Shown here: piece after piece, positions 41,934 through 52,218 of the stretch
Layout of the letters: each line of letters begins with the position of its first letter
How positions within the stretch are numbered: the stretch's first letter is position 1
NCBI GenBank assembly: GCA_964438105.1
Contig: CAYTJT010000001.1
Location: forward strand, 1,236-65,235
Direction: 5' to 3'
DNA: 64,000 nt
Source of the DNA: an uncultured Rhodothermales bacterium
GTDB taxonomy: Bacteria > Bacteroidota > Rhodothermia > Rhodothermales > JANQRZ01
Made by a program: the position numbers and the translations under genes
Notes under the pieces: model-generated
Seen by the model: only the letters and a program-made list of their open reading frames with translations
Told to the model about the DNA's origin: nothing
The model's database searches: none

Positions 41934-44900
41934 TCACTGCGCCACATGAGAATCGTGGGATTCTGCGTCGGGCGCAAGTGGGGCGAACGCCAGGTCGGAG
42001 GTGGTACCGTCTTCGGCGAGAGTGCGGCGCAGGCGTCGGCCCTGGATGACGGCGTAGAGGGCGGGGATCATGACGAGCGTGTGGACGGTCGACGTGACCA
42101 GCCCGCCGACCATCGGCGTGGCGATGCGCTGCATGACCTCGGCGCCGGTGCCGGCGCCGATCATGATCGGTATCAGACCGATGATGGTGGTGAAGACGGT
42201 CATCAGCTTGGGGCGGACGCGGTCGACGGCGCCCTCTTCGAGCGCGGCTTTGAGCTGGGCTACGCTGGTCAGCCGCCCCTCGCGCTTCCAACGGGCGACG
42301 GCTTCGTCGAGGTAGACGTGCATCACCACGCCGGTTTCTGCGGCCAAACCGGCAACGGCGATCAGGCCGACGCCGACGGCAATCGAGAAGTTGTAGTCCA
42401 GCGCCAGCATCAGCCAGACCGCGCCGACGACGGCGAAGGGCAACGGGATCATCAGCAGCAGAGCTTCCTCGGCGCTGCGAAAGTGCAGGAAGAGCAGCAG
42501 GAAGATGAGTGCCAGCGTGATCGGAATGAGCAGGGACAGCCGCGCGTTGGCGCGTTCGAGGTACTCGTACTGCCCGCTCCACTTTAAGGAATAGCCGGGC
42601 GGCATCTCGACGGCGGCCGACACGGCCTCGCGCGCGCGATCGACGTAGCTGCCCACGTCGGCGCCCTCGTCGAGGTCGAGGTAGACCCAGGCGTTGGGGC
42701 GCGCGTTCTCGCTCTTGATCATGGGCGGGCCGGTCTCGAATGAGAAGTCGGCCACGTCGCCCAGCCGCACCTGAGCGCCTGACCCTGAGGGAATGAGAAC
42801 CTGGCGCAGCGCGGGCACGTCGTCGCGCAGCGCGCGCGGATAGCGCACGAGCACGTCGTAGCGCTCCAAGCCCTCGACCGTCGTCGTGGCGACCGTTCCG
42901 CCGACGGCGGCGGCGATCACGTCTTGCACGTCGCCCGACGTGAGGCCGTAGCGAGCGGCGCGGGCGCGGTCGACCGTGATGTCGAGAAAGCTGCCGCCCA
43001 TGACGCGCTCGGCGTAGGCGCTGCGCGTGCCTTCGAGCGAGCGCGTGGCCGCCTCGACCTCGCGCGCCAAGCGTTCGAGAACGGCGAGGTCGGGTCCGGC
43101 GATCTTGACGCCGACGGGCGTGCGGATGCCGGTCGCGAGCATGTCGATGCGCGTCTTGATCGGACTCGTCCACGCATTGGTCAGGCCCGGAAACTGGACG
43201 GCGCGGTCCAACTCGGCGATCAGGTCCTGGCGCGTCAGCCCGTCGCGCCACTCGGATTCGGGTTTGAGAATGATCGTGGTTTCGAGCATCGAGAGCGGCG
43301 CGGGGTCGGTCGCCGTATTGGCGCGTCCGCTCTTGCCGAAGACGCGCTCTACTTCGGGAAACGAGGCGATGATGCGGTCGGTGCGCTGCAAGATCTGTGC
43401 GGCCTCGCGCGGGCTGACGCCGGGGAGCGTCGTCGGCATGTAGAGCAAATCGCCCTCCCAGAGCGGCGGCATGAACTCGCTTCCGATTTGGGGGAACGGC
43501 ACATATTCATCGTCGAGCAGCAGGCGCTGGACCGGCAGAATCGTGAAAGCGAGCAGTCCGAAGCCAATCGCCAGTACCCAAATTGGGCGCCGCAGCGTGC
43601 TTCGGATGATCGGCCGGTAGGCTCGGATGAAGAAGCGTGCGATGGGGTTTTGCTGCTCACTCCGGATCTTGCCCTTGACGAAGATCGCCATGAGCGCGGG
43701 CACGAGTGTGACGGCGAGGATCGACGCGGCGGCCATCGCGAACGTCTTGGTGAGCGCGAGTGGGCGGAACAGGCGCCCCTCGACCTCGCCCAGCGTGAAG
43801 ACCGGTAAAAAGCTAACGGTCACGATGAGCAGCGAGAAGAACAGGCTTGGGCCGACCTCCTTGGCCGCTTCGATGACGGCGTGCAGGCGTTCGGATTCGG
43901 TCAGGTCTGCCGCCTCGCCATCGCCCTGGGCCTTGTCCGCCCTAGCACGTTCGATGTGCTTGTGGGCGTTCTCGACCATTACGAGGCTCGCATCGACCAT
44001 CACGCCGATGGCGATGGCGAGTCCCCCCAGGCTCATGATGTTGGCGTTGATGCCGAGCATCCGCATCACGCCCAGTGACATCAGCAGGCCGACGGGAATC
44101 GTGATGACGGCGACGAACGCGCTCCTCACGTGGAGCAGGAAGACGAGCACGATGAGCGCGACGACGAGCAGCTCCTCCCAGATCCGCGTCGTGAGCGTGT
44201 CAACGGCCCGGCCGATGAGCGCGCTGCGGTCGTACTCGGTCACGACATCGACGCCCGGCGGCAGGCCCGGCGCGATCTCGGCTAGCCTCGTTTTGACGCG
44301 GTCGATGGTGGCCTGGGCGTTCTCGCCGTAGCGCATCACGACGATGCCGCCGACGACTTCGCCCTCGCCGTTCACGTCGGCGATGCCTCTGCGCAGCTCG
44401 GGTCCGAGCTGGACCGTCGCCACGTCGCCGACCGTGATCGGCACGCCGCCCTCGGCGCGCACGACGACTTCGCGGATGTCGTCCATGCCGCGCAGGTAGC
44501 CCTTGCCCCGGACGACGAACTCACGCTCGCCCAGCTCGACGATGCGCCCGCCCACGTCGCGATTCGAGCGGCGCAGCGCGGCTGTCACCTGACCGATCGA
44601 CACGCCATAGCCCGCCATCCGCTGCGGGTCAGCGACGACCTGGTACTGCTTCTCGAACCCGCCGACCGTCGCCACCTCGGCCACGCCGCCGACGGCTTGC
44701 AGCTCGAATTTGAGGTAGAAATCCTGGATCGAGCGCAGCTGGGCGAGGTCGTAGGTGCCCGTCGTGTCGCGCAGGCTGTACTGGTAGACCCAGCCGACGC
44801 CGGTCGCGTCGGGGCCGAGCGCGGGCGTGGCGCCTGGGGGCAGGCGGTCCTGGATCTGGCTGAGGTACTCGAGCACCCGGCTGCGCGCCCAGTACATGTC

Positions 44901-45203
44901 CGTTCCGTCCTCGAAGATGACGTAGACGAAGCTGGTGCCGAACATCGAGTAGCCGCGCACGGTCTTGGCGTAGGGGACCGATAGCAGCGCCGACGTGAGC
45001 GGATAGGTCACCTGCTCCTCGACGATCTGCGGCCCCTGCCCCGCGTATTCGGTGCGCACGATCACCTGCACGTCCGACAGGTCGGGCAGTGCGTCGACGG
45101 GCGTCGTGAGCGTGGCCCAGGTGCCCAGCGCCGCCACCATCAGCGTGACGAGGATGACGAGCAGCCGGTTGCGAGCGCTCCAATCAATCAGACGTTCTAG
45201 CAT
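41934..45203 (-). CDS. heavy-metal efflux RND transporter (CusA/CzcA family)
   Basis: 1089 aa with 12-TM RND architecture and two large periplasmic loops. Lies in an operon with an MFP and an OMP. Confidence 0.95.
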   Translation of the reverse strand: MLERLIDWSARNRLLVILVTLMVAALGTWATLTTPVDALPDLSDVQVIVRTEYAGQGPQIVEEQVTYPLTSALLSVPYAKTVRGYSMFGTSFVYVIFEDGTDMYWARSRVLEYLSQIQDRLPPGATPALGPDATGVGWVYQYSLRDTTGTYDLAQLRSIQDFYLKFELQAVGGVAEVATVGGFEKQYQVVADPQRMAGYGVSIGQVTAALRRSNRDVGGRIVELGEREFVVRGKGYLRGMDDIREVVVRAEGGVPITVGDVATVQLGPELRRGIADVNGEGEVVGGIVVMRYGENAQATIDRVKTRLAEIAPGLPPGVDVVTEYDRSALIGRAVDTLTTRIWEELLVVALIVLVFLLHVRSAFVAVITIPVGLLMSLGVMRMLGINANIMSLGGLAIAIGVMVDASLVMVENAHKHIERARADKAQGDGEAADLTESERLHAVIEAAKEVGPSLFFSLLIVTVSFLPVFTLGEVEGRLFRPLALTKTFAMAAASILAVTLVPALMAIFVKGKIRSEQQNPIARFFIRAYRPIIRSTLRRPIWVLAIGFGLLAFTILPVQRLLLDDEYVPFPQIGSEFMPPLWEGDLLYMPTTLPGVSPREAAQILQRTDRIIASFPEVERVFGKSGRANTATDPAPLSMLETTIILKPESEWRDGLTRQDLIAELDRAVQFPGLTNAWTSPIKTRIDMLATGIRTPVGVKIAGPDLAVLERLAREVEAATRSLEGTRSAYAERVMGGSFLDITVDRARAARYGLTSGDVQDVIAAAVGGTVATTTVEGLERYDVLVRYPRALRDDVPALRQVLIPSGSGAQVRLGDVADFSFETGPPMIKSENARPNAWVYLDLDEGADVGSYVDRAREAVSAAVEMPPGYSLKWSGQYEYLERANARLSLLIPITLALIFLLLFLHFRSAEEALLLMIPLPFAVVGAVWLMLALDYNFSIAVGVGLIAVAGLAAETGVVMHVYLDEAVARWKREGRLTSVAQLKAALEEGAVDRVRPKLMTVFTTIIGLIPIMIGAGTGAEVMQRIATPMVGGLVTSTVHTLVMIPALYAVIQGRRLRRTLAEDGTTSDLAFAPLAPDAESHDSHVAQ

Positions 45204-45207
45204 CGGC

Positions 45208-46596
45208 TTAACGGTCTGTCGTGACTGGGGAAGCGGCAGGCGCGGGCGCGCTGGACATCGCGCCGATGGACGCGGCGAGGCGGGCCTCGGAGTCGATCAG
45301 GAACTGAGCGCTCGTCACGATCTCATCGCCTTCGGCAAGACCGGACAGGATCTGGATCATGCCGTCGGCTTCCTGGCCGAGCGTGACCGGCTGCGGCTCG
45401 AACCTTCCTTCTCCGAGCGCGCGGATGACGACGGCGTCGGTGCCGGTGCGGATGACCGCTTCGGCTGGGACGACGAGTGCGGGGTCGGACGGGCGACCGT
45501 TGAGCGTGGCCGTCGCGAACATGCCGGGTTTGAGGCGTCCGTTCGGGTTGGGCACGACTATGCGCGCCGTGCCGGTTCGCGTCATCGGGTCGAGCGTGTC
45601 GTAGACGTACTCGACGCGTCCGCGCAGGTCGTCGCCGGGGCGACTGTCGACCTCGACGACGGCGCGCGTTTGGGTGTCGACCCATCCCAAGTCGCTCTCG
45701 GGCACGTCGACTTGGAGCCACAAGCTGGACAGGTCGGCGATCTGCATGAGCGTCCGTCCAGCCTGCGCCTGCATCCCCTCGACTACGCTCAGTTCGGTGA
45801 CGGTGCCCGAGGCAGGATTATATATGGTCACCGTGCGCGATGGCTCGCCCCCTTGGGCCAACCGCTCGATCTGATCGGGGGTGACGCCGAAGAGTTCGAG
45901 CCTGCGCCGGGCCGACTCGGCGACGCGGTCGCCGTCGCCTCCCATCATGTCTGCGGTGCGGAGCGCGAGCAGGTACTCTTGCTGCGTCGCCACGAGTTCT
46001 GGGCTGTACAGGTCGAGCAGCGGCTGACCGGCCCGAACGCGGTCGCCCGTCGCGTTGACGTAGAGGCGTTCGACCCATCCGCCCGCGCGCAGGCTCACGA
46101 CGGTCTGGCCGCGCTCGCTGGCCTCGAACTGGCCCGTCGTGCGCACGCTGCGCGAGAGCCGCTCGGTCTGGACGACATCGGTCCGCACGCCGATGGTTTG
46201 CAGCGTGACCGGGTCGATCTCGACCGTTCCGCCCGTGGCGGCACCGCTGACCGACACGGGTTGCAGATCCATGCCGCAGATGGGGCACTGTCCGGGTTCG
46301 TCCTGGACGATCCACGGGTGCATGCCGCTCTGGTAGACGATGCCGTCGCCGTCGAGGTCTTGGGCCGCGAGGCCGCCCTCGGCCGTGGCGTCGGCGGCAG
46401 GCGCAGTAGCGACAGCGTCCGCATCGGCGTCCTCGCCCCGCGTGAGTGCCCACGTCAGACCGGCGACGGCGAGCAGGAGCAGCAGCCCGATCGCGGCGAA
46501 GAGCGCGGTTCTGGATCGGGGCGACTGCGATTCGGGAGAGCGTGACGCCTCGGCGCCAGGTTGAACCGGAGGCGGGTTGTCGGAAGGAGCAGTCAT
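45208..46596 (-). CDS. heavy-metal efflux membrane-fusion protein (CusB/CzcB-like) with N-terminal metal-binding domain
   Basis: GMHPWIVQDEPGQCPICGMDL. Beta-barrel/lipoyl strings of the efflux RND periplasmic adaptor family. Confidence 0.9.
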   Translation of the reverse strand: MTAPSDNPPPVQPGAEASRSPESQSPRSRTALFAAIGLLLLLAVAGLTWALTRGEDADADAVATAPAADATAEGGLAAQDLDGDGIVYQSGMHPWIVQDEPGQCPICGMDLQPVSVSGAATGGTVEIDPVTLQTIGVRTDVVQTERLSRSVRTTGQFEASERGQTVVSLRAGGWVERLYVNATGDRVRAGQPLLDLYSPELVATQQEYLLALRTADMMGGDGDRVAESARRRLELFGVTPDQIERLAQGGEPSRTVTIYNPASGTVTELSVVEGMQAQAGRTLMQIADLSSLWLQVDVPESDLGWVDTQTRAVVEVDSRPGDDLRGRVEYVYDTLDPMTRTGTARIVVPNPNGRLKPGMFATATLNGRPSDPALVVPAEAVIRTGTDAVVIRALGEGRFEPQPVTLGQEADGMIQILSGLAEGDEIVTSAQFLIDSEARLAASIGAMSSAPAPAASPVTTDR

Positions 46597-47921
46597 CGGA
46601 GGTTGGAAATCAGAGTCGGCAGGGGCGTACCCAAGGCGCGGTCGAGCCGGGCGCGGGCGTCGAGTAGGCGGGCGGCGGCTTCCTCGGCGGCGACGAGCAG
46701 GTCGAAGCGCGTGCGCTCGGCGTCGAGGAAGGCGAGGTAGTCGACCTGGCCCGTCGTGTAGGCAGCGAGCAGCGACTCGACGGTGAGATCGGCTTGGGGA
46801 ATCAAGCGCTCGCGGTAGAGCGCGACGGTCTCGGCGCGGCGCTCGGCGACGTAGGCGAGTTCGGCGATCTGCGTGGCGATCTCGGTTTCGAGAGCGTCGC
46901 GACGGGCGGCGGCTTCGCGCCGGCGGGCCTGAGCTTCCTGAGCAGCGGCGCGCAGTCGCTCGCGTTGTAGCGGTACGCGAGCCATGACGGTCAGCCCGAG
47001 CGCGTCGCGCCCGTCGGCCGTAGGCGGCATGTCGCGCTCGGTGACGAGCGAGTACATCAGCCCGAACCCCAGGTCGGGGTAAAAGGCCTTGCGCGCCAGT
47101 TCGGCGCCGGCAGCGGCTCGGGCCTCGGCTAGCCGCGCCGCCTGGACCTCGGCGCGATCTGCCAAGGCGGCGGCGGCGAGAGAGTCGGCTAGCGGAGCGG
47201 GCGGCGCGACATCAACCGCTGAGAGCAGCACCAGATTAGGGCGGTCGGTCAGGCGGGCAAGCGATTGCAGCGCCGACTGCCGCTCGGCGTCGAGCATGAG
47301 CAGGCGCGCGCGCAGGCGTTCGCGTTGCAGGTCCAGTTGGAGGATCGCGCCTTGTGGTCCTCTGCCGACCTCGTAGCGAGCCGCTGCGGCGTCGGTGAAC
47401 GCGTCGAGACGCTGAGCGAAGGACTCGACCAGATCGCGCGTGCGGTCGACTTCGTACAGGCGATGGTAGGCGAGCCGGACGGCGAGTGCGAGGTCGAGCC
47501 GGAACGCCTCGGCGTCGAGGTAGGCGGCTTGGGACGCCAGATCGGCCCGGCGGGCGCGCAGGCCGAGCGTGCCCGGCCAGGGCATCATCTGTTCGGCGCG
47601 CAGCTGGGCGACCTGCGCGCCCCGCGCGGTCAGGATGGGCAGCGGAAAGCCAGTCAACGCGACCGTAGGATCGGGCAGCGCGCCGTCCTGAGCCGCGCGC
47701 GTGGCGAGCGCGTCGGCACCTGCGAGGCGAGCGGCCAGAGCCGGGTTGGCGGACGCGGCCTGCCCTATCAGGTCAGACAGACGAAGCGTCGCGGTGTCAG
47801 GAGCACCAACGTCGGCGACAGCAAGGTCGGGGACACTGGTGTCGGGGACCTGAGCGCGTAGCGGTGCGGCGAGGGCGAGGGCGGCCAAGAAGGCCGCGCC
47901 CCGGAGGGAGAACAGAGACAT
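46593..47921 (-). CDS. TolC-family outer-membrane efflux protein (CusC/CzcC-like)
   Basis: 442 aa, signal peptide, two helical-hairpin repeats. The stop overlaps the MFP start. Confidence 0.85.
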   Translation of the reverse strand: MSLFSLRGAAFLAALALAAPLRAQVPDTSVPDLAVADVGAPDTATLRLSDLIGQAASANPALAARLAGADALATRAAQDGALPDPTVALTGFPLPILTARGAQVAQLRAEQMMPWPGTLGLRARRADLASQAAYLDAEAFRLDLALAVRLAYHRLYEVDRTRDLVESFAQRLDAFTDAAAARYEVGRGPQGAILQLDLQRERLRARLLMLDAERQSALQSLARLTDRPNLVLLSAVDVAPPAPLADSLAAAALADRAEVQAARLAEARAAAGAELARKAFYPDLGFGLMYSLVTERDMPPTADGRDALGLTVMARVPLQRERLRAAAQEAQARRREAAARRDALETEIATQIAELAYVAERRAETVALYRERLIPQADLTVESLLAAYTTGQVDYLAFLDAERTRFDLLVAAEEAAARLLDARARLDRALGTPLPTLISNLR

Positions 47922-47984
47922 GGAGATCGAATCGGCGCGAGCGGACGGGTAAGCCGCGCCCAGGCGCGGCGGCGGCGCGGCGGA

Positions 47985-48356
47985 TCAGATCAGCAGTCGA
48001 GTGGTCAGGTGAAGGGTCTGACCGGGCGGGGGCGCAGAACCCGCGTTCGACGCGGCATGCCGCGTCGCTACGGGCGGGGTCGGTACGTCGACACATGCGG
48101 CGGCGAGCGTAGACGCTGGCGCTTCGGGCGTGACCGACGGGGCGAGCGTCGTCGCGGCGTCGGTGGGTGCTGCGAGGCAGCACAGCATCGGCGCTTTGAC
48201 GGGCGCTTCGTCTGGGTCGCCGTGGCAGGGCGGTGTGGACTGCTCGGCCGGTGTCGCCATCGGGCACGCCAGAGCCACGAGCGGTGCCGTGCTCACCGCT
48301 CCAAAGGCGAGGAGCAGCGCTGCGGCGGCGAGTGGTGAGCGGAGGGCGGCGAACAT
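47985..48356 (-). CDS. small secreted protein, unknown (Cys/His/Pro-rich)
   Basis: From MFAALRSPLAAAALLLAFGAVS (ATG 48356). PPCHGDPDE and MLCC strings. Heads the RND operon. Confidence 0.45.
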   Translation of the reverse strand: MFAALRSPLAAAALLLAFGAVSTAPLVALACPMATPAEQSTPPCHGDPDEAPVKAPMLCCLAAPTDAATTLAPSVTPEAPASTLAAACVDVPTPPVATRHAASNAGSAPPPGQTLHLTTRLLI

Positions 48357-48484
48357 GGAGAGGCGTACGGCTCCTCGGGAGTTCGGCTCCCCCGCACACC
48401 TTAGAACTCGTTCAGGTTGGGCAAACGCAGCAGCGGCACCGCCCTTGAAAAGGCGGTGCCGCTGAGGACCGAGGTCAAGCAGGT

Positions 48485-48883
48485 TCAGGCCATCGCTGAG
48501 AGCAGGTCCGCGCACGCTTTGGAGCACGTGCGGCAGCATTCGGCGCAGACCTTGCAGTGCTCGTGCATGCCGGCGTGCTCGGCGCAGCTGCGGGCGCAGG
48601 CGTCGCAGGCGACTTTGCACGCTTCGAGCTGCGCGCGCAGCAGAGCCGTGTCCGGCTTGGTCTGGCGCGAGAAGAGGCGCGCCGTGGTGGCGCACACGTC
48701 GGCGCAGTCGAGGTCGGTGCGGATGCAGTGGGATAGGTCCATGTCGCCGCTCTCGGCGAGGCAGGCGTCGGCGCACGCGGTGCAGCACTGGACGCAGTCG
48801 AGCGAGGCATTGATGAGCGCCACGATCTGGTCGAGGTGGGCCGAGGGGTTGGGGTGGGCGGAGAGGATGTCGCGCGTGCGCAT
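48485..48883 (-). CDS. four-helix-bundle cysteine-rich copper-binding protein (DUF326-like)
   Basis: CVQCCTACADAC, CADVC, CKVACDACARSC, CKVCAECCRTCSKAC. Confidence 0.8.
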   Translation of the reverse strand: MRTRDILSAHPNPSAHLDQIVALINASLDCVQCCTACADACLAESGDMDLSHCIRTDLDCADVCATTARLFSRQTKPDTALLRAQLEACKVACDACARSCAEHAGMHEHCKVCAECCRTCSKACADLLSAMA

Positions 48884-49011
48884 GGCAGTATCGGGTGGGT
48901 TGGTGACAGAGTGAGCGAGTGTCACCGGGCGCACTGGAAGCGGTTCGGGCGCGCATCCTTAAAGGGCGCAAAGGAACGTGCCGGATCGGTTGAGCCTGCT
49001 GGTTGAGCGTG

Positions 49012-51117
49012 TCAGTTGATGGTCAACCGGCGTGCGTTAACGGCCACAACGACGGTCGACAGGCTCATCAGGACGGCGCCGACGGCTGGCGAGAGCACGA
49101 TGCCCCACGGTGCCAGCACGCCTGCCGCGAGCGGGATCGCGATGATGTTGTATCCGGCGGCCCACCAGAGATTCTGCACCATCTTGCGATAGGTCGCCTG
49201 GGCAAGCGCGATCACGCGGACGGCAGCGCGCGGATCGGACTGGACGAGCACGATGTCGGCGGTCTCGACGGCCACATCGGTTCCGGCACCGACGGCGAGT
49301 CCGACGTCGGCCACGGCCAGCGCAGGCGCGTCGTTGACGCCGTCGCCCGTCATCGCGACGACGTGCCGCTCGGCCTGCAACGCGCGGATGACGTCGCTCT
49401 TTCCGTCGGGCAAGACTTCGGCGATGACCCGGTCGATGCCCAGCGTCCGGGCGACAGATTCCGCCACCTCGCGTTTATCGCCCGTGAGCATGACGGCCTG
49501 GAGTCCCAGCTCGTGCAGGCGGTCGATGGCCCCGCGCGACTCGGGCCGAACGACATCGGCCAGCGCCAGCGCGCCCAGCAGTTCGCTCCTCTCTCCCACC
49601 TGCTCGGCCACGTAAACGACCGTGCGTCCCTCGCGGCCCAGCGCATCGGCATGGCGCTGCATCTCGTCCGGCACGACGGCGCCCGACTCCTCGACGGCGC
49701 GTGGACTGAGGACGGCGACGGTGCGCTCGCCGATGCGGGCCTGGACGCCGCGCCCGACCAGTGCCTCGAAGTCGTGCGGCTCGGGCGTACGCAGGCCGCG
49801 CTGCTCGGCCGAGCGGACGATTCCTGCCGCGATGGGATGTTCGCTACCCCGCTCGACAGCAGCGGCGAAGGACACGATCTCGTCGTCCGAGACGCCCGGC
49901 ACGGCCAGCACGTCGGTCACGCCGAAGCGTCCTTCCGTCAGCGTGCCGGTCTTGTCGAAGACGAGGGTATCGAGCATCCGAGCGCGCTCGAATGCGACGC
50001 GGTCGCGGATGAGTAGCCCGTTGCGTGCCGAGAGCGACGTAGAGACCGCTACGACGAGCGGCACGGCCAGACCGAGCGCGTGCGGGCACGCGATGACCAT
50101 GACCGTGACGGCGCGCTCGATGGCGAACGCGAGCGGCTGAGCCGTGAGCAGCCACCAGGCCAGGAACGTGAGCGCGCCTACGGAAATGGCGGTGAGCGTG
50201 AGGTAGAACGCGGCTCGGTTCGCCAGGTCTTGGGTTTGTGAGCGCGACGCCTGCGCCTCGCGCACGAGCGTGACGACCTGGCTGAGGTAGGCGTCGGCGC
50301 CGGTGCGCGTGACCTCGACGGTCAGCGCGCCGCTTCCGTTGACGGCCCCGGCGATCACATCGTCGCCCTCGCCCTTATCGACGGGGACGGACTCCCCGGT
50401 AAGGGCGGCCTGATTGACCGATGAGCTGCCCTGTACGACCGTCCCGTCGGCAGGGATTTTCTCGCTGGCACGCACGAGAACGCGGTCGCCGGGGCGCAGG
50501 TCGGCCGTCGGCACGTCCTCGATCTCTCCGCCAGCAGCGACGCGGTGTGCGTGGTCGGGCATTAGGCGGGCCAGTTCTTCGAGCGCGCGGCTCGCGCCCA
50601 TCACGCTGCGCATCTCGATCCAGTGGCCGACCAGCATCAGATCGACGAGCGTGGCCGTCTCCCAGAAGAACAGGTTGCCGTCGAGTCCCAGCACGACGGC
50701 AAGCGAGTAGACGAACGCGACCGTGATGGCGAGCGCGACGAGCGTCATCATGCCGGGCCGCAGGCGACGCAGCTCCTCAGCCGCGCCCTTCAAGAACGGC
50801 GTACCGCCGTAGAAGAAGACGACGCCCGAGAGTGCGGCCAGCAGCCAAACCGATCCAGAGAATGAGAAGTCGACGCCCACCCACGCTTGGAGCATCGGGC
50901 TGAGCGCCAGGATGGGTATGGTAAGCGCGATACACACCCAGAAGCGCCGACGGAAATCAGCGACCATCATGGCGTGGTGATCGTGATGCCCACCGCCGCC
51001 AGCGTGGCCGTCGTGCTTTTCGACGGGACCCGGATGTCCGTCGTGGTGGGAGCCATGCGGCCCCTCGCGAGCAGCGTCGGTCAGTTCCGCTTGTTCGAGT
51101 CCGGGGCGTTCGGTCAT
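49012..51117 (-). CDS. P1B-type ATPase, CopB-like (His-rich N-terminus, CPH motif)
   Basis: HGSHHDGHPGPVEKHDGHAGGGGHHDHH; IACPHALGLAVP; DKTGTLT; SEHPIA; GDGVNDAPAL. Confidence 0.9.
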   Translation of the reverse strand: MTERPGLEQAELTDAAREGPHGSHHDGHPGPVEKHDGHAGGGGHHDHHAMMVADFRRRFWVCIALTIPILALSPMLQAWVGVDFSFSGSVWLLAALSGVVFFYGGTPFLKGAAEELRRLRPGMMTLVALAITVAFVYSLAVVLGLDGNLFFWETATLVDLMLVGHWIEMRSVMGASRALEELARLMPDHAHRVAAGGEIEDVPTADLRPGDRVLVRASEKIPADGTVVQGSSSVNQAALTGESVPVDKGEGDDVIAGAVNGSGALTVEVTRTGADAYLSQVVTLVREAQASRSQTQDLANRAAFYLTLTAISVGALTFLAWWLLTAQPLAFAIERAVTVMVIACPHALGLAVPLVVAVSTSLSARNGLLIRDRVAFERARMLDTLVFDKTGTLTEGRFGVTDVLAVPGVSDDEIVSFAAAVERGSEHPIAAGIVRSAEQRGLRTPEPHDFEALVGRGVQARIGERTVAVLSPRAVEESGAVVPDEMQRHADALGREGRTVVYVAEQVGERSELLGALALADVVRPESRGAIDRLHELGLQAVMLTGDKREVAESVARTLGIDRVIAEVLPDGKSDVIRALQAERHVVAMTGDGVNDAPALAVADVGLAVGAGTDVAVETADIVLVQSDPRAAVRVIALAQATYRKMVQNLWWAAGYNIIAIPLAAGVLAPWGIVLSPAVGAVLMSLSTVVVAVNARRLTIN

Positions 51118-52151
51118 GGCGAGGTGTGTTGAAGCAATGGATCGACAGCGGGCCAGTCGCGCCCGTGCTCACGGACATAGCCGAGTAGCAGAGCGCGGTC
51201 GTGGGCCTCAAAAGTGGCGCTCGCGTCGACGTGCGGTATGCCGGATGCTACGAGCGATGCTAGATCGGGCAGCGGAGGCACGTCGTCTGCGGGGTCGACA
51301 AGGCTGCGCAGCGTGCCGATCAGAGCGATCATCGCCGAACGGGTCGATACGAGCGTGGCGGGAGCGGGCCGCGCGTGGGGCACAACGACCGATTCCCAGA
51401 TGTGGAGAGCGTCGTTCAGACGAGCGAGTTGAACGGAGAGCGCGGCCGACGGGTCGCCTTCCCGGAAGAAATGCACGACGGGATACGCGTAGTGGTAGCG
51501 GTCGAGCTGAACGATGCCGCTACCGATCTGCCCCAGCAGCACGTCCAGCCCAGAGAATCCGTTGCCGTCCCACGTTCCGCACACCATGTCGGCAGGCGAA
51601 CAGCCCAGCCCATCGATCTGCTCGGCCAACTGTTGCTTCTCGACGACGGCGCTCAGCACCGACCCATAGTAGGTGACGCCGAGCGTGAGCAGCACTAGCC
51701 CAGAAGCCGCCGCACCAACGGTCAGCACGCGCCAGAGTGGTCCGCCTGGCACGACATCACCCAATCCAAGTGTGACGACGGTGTAGCCCGCAAAGTAGAG
51801 CCGTCCCCACGCATCGGCGGAAGCACCGGTGCTGGCCCGCACGACGGCTTCGGGAGCCGATAGGAAGACGAGCGTCCAGCCGGCCCACAGTCCGACCACC
51901 CATAGGACGGCTGTAGAGAGCAGCACGACCGGCCCCGCCCACGCAGCTCTGCCCGAAATCCGCCAGATGGAACGGCCCACGGCGTCCGTGAGCGCACCAG
52001 CGCCTGCGGCGGAGAGCGTCGTCCGAATCACGTCATAGACGATCCCGATCAGGACGATGGCTCCCATAACTCCGACCCACGGCGACGTCATAGGCTCCTC
52101 CTCGAGTCGAAGCGGGTACGATGGGAGGTGAGATTCGCCGCCTGTGAACAC
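51114..52151 (-). CDS. ion-channel-like membrane protein (K+-channel-type pore loop)
   Basis: YFAGYTVVTLGLGDVVP pore-like string flanked by TM helices. ATGA overlap with the ATPase start. Confidence 0.6.
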   Translation of the reverse strand: MFTGGESHLPSYPLRLEEEPMTSPWVGVMGAIVLIGIVYDVIRTTLSAAGAGALTDAVGRSIWRISGRAAWAGPVVLLSTAVLWVVGLWAGWTLVFLSAPEAVVRASTGASADAWGRLYFAGYTVVTLGLGDVVPGGPLWRVLTVGAAASGLVLLTLGVTYYGSVLSAVVEKQQLAEQIDGLGCSPADMVCGTWDGNGFSGLDVLLGQIGSGIVQLDRYHYAYPVVHFFREGDPSAALSVQLARLNDALHIWESVVVPHARPAPATLVSTRSAMIALIGTLRSLVDPADDVPPLPDLASLVASGIPHVDASATFEAHDRALLLGYVREHGRDWPAVDPLLQHTSP

Positions 52152-52218
52152 GGGGGCCGCACGCCGAAGTAGAGGATAAGTAGCAAAACCCGCAGAAGAT
52201 GGCGCATGGGCGAGACCA

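Noticed and set aside
40311-45203. Tn3-family transposon (resolvase + TA + metal cargo)
   Set aside because: No transposase gene and no recognisable 38-bp terminal inverted repeats were seen in the window. The resolvase is more simply a plasmid multimer-resolution function.
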